A stretch of 64,000 nucleotides of DNA from Heptranchias perlo (Eukaryota), in contig NC_090340.1 in NCBI RefSeq assembly GCF_035084215.1, positions 42,470,001-42,534,000 on the forward strand, written 5' to 3'. Position 1 is the first letter of the stretch, and each line of letters opens with the position of its first letter. The position numbers were made by a program, and so were the translations under genes. This document shows positions 63,292-64,000 of the stretch, piece after piece. The notes under the pieces were generated by a model. The model was not told the DNA's origin. It searched no databases and was given only the letters and a program-made list of their open reading frames with translations.

Positions 63292-64000
63292 CTACCATAA
63301 TGGTACAACTTCAGCCATCTCAGCCACACAGACTGGAACTCTGTCCCTAAAATTCTTCTTGCTCCACCCTTCATTCTTCCCCACTTTCAAAGCCTCCACA
63401 AAACCCACCCCTTTGATCCTGCCTTTGGCCACTGCTTCTAATTTTCCCTCCTACTCCAGTCTGACCCCAAATGTGAACCGTCTCGAGATAATGTTCTATG
63501 CTAAAGACACTATATGAATACAAGTTCTTTACTGTCCCCATTTGCTGATGAAAGAGGCAAAGAACTACATTTCATGAAACATAAAACTCCTGAGATTTCA
63601 GGAAAGTGAGCAGGTTGGTAAACTTGTCAATATTCAGATGGAAACAAAAATCTGTAAAACAAAACTGAAAATAAGCAGCTTTCATGGAAAGATTAGAGCA
63701 AGATGATTCATGAAACAGCATCAGCATCTGCAGTTCTCCTCTGGGGGCTTCTGATGAAGCCAAATTTATTACAGAAAAGTTTGTGAAACTTTCACTAGTT
63801 TCACTAGTTGAGAACGTCTCCAAATATGAACGTCTGTAGGCTAAAAGCTTGACCTGAAAGTCTATATGACCATCCTGGTTTCAGCAACTTCGCAGTGGTG
63901 TGGAGCATCAAGGTACAGCTACTGCAGAGATCTGCTAAAAAGCTGATAACTTTGATCACTATGCCTCTATTAGTCAGCGTCATTAGCATCTATTCCCTTT

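Noticed and set aside
61431-64000. ORFs upstream of TCF25 as exons of a neighbouring gene (e.g. SPIRE2)
   Set aside because: No recognisable protein similarity or consistent splice structure.

Overview
Vertebrate nuclear DNA, very probably a cartilaginous fish (shark-type CR1, L2, Deu-type SINE and Penelope repeats; the species cannot be determined from the sequence). Two complete genes lie in tandem on the minus strand. TCF25 (Rqc1 homologue) has 18 coding exons at 60800->31719 and encodes 680 aa. MAP1LC3B has 4 coding exons at 24381->450 and encodes 125 aa. Each has a CpG-island promoter, and all exons were reconstructed by hand with GT-AG junctions and consistent phases. Introns and the spacer are filled with retroelements, including a near full-length CR1 (5582-10596) and two full-length single-ORF CR1-group LINEs. 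The most notable signal not shown by the ORF track is a Penelope-like (GIY-YIG) element family present as five insertions (about 9.4, 32.7, 42.1, 56.5-57.2 and 63.2 kb). Four carry a complete minimal type-I hammerhead ribozyme motif with compensatory changes in helix II. Two insertions are fold-back hairpins with 12-13 bp target-site duplications, and one of these places the ribozyme in sense inside the last TCF25 intron. Hammerheads in Penelope elements are a known class; their activity here is inferred, not shown. Repeat boundaries are approximate unless a TSD is given.
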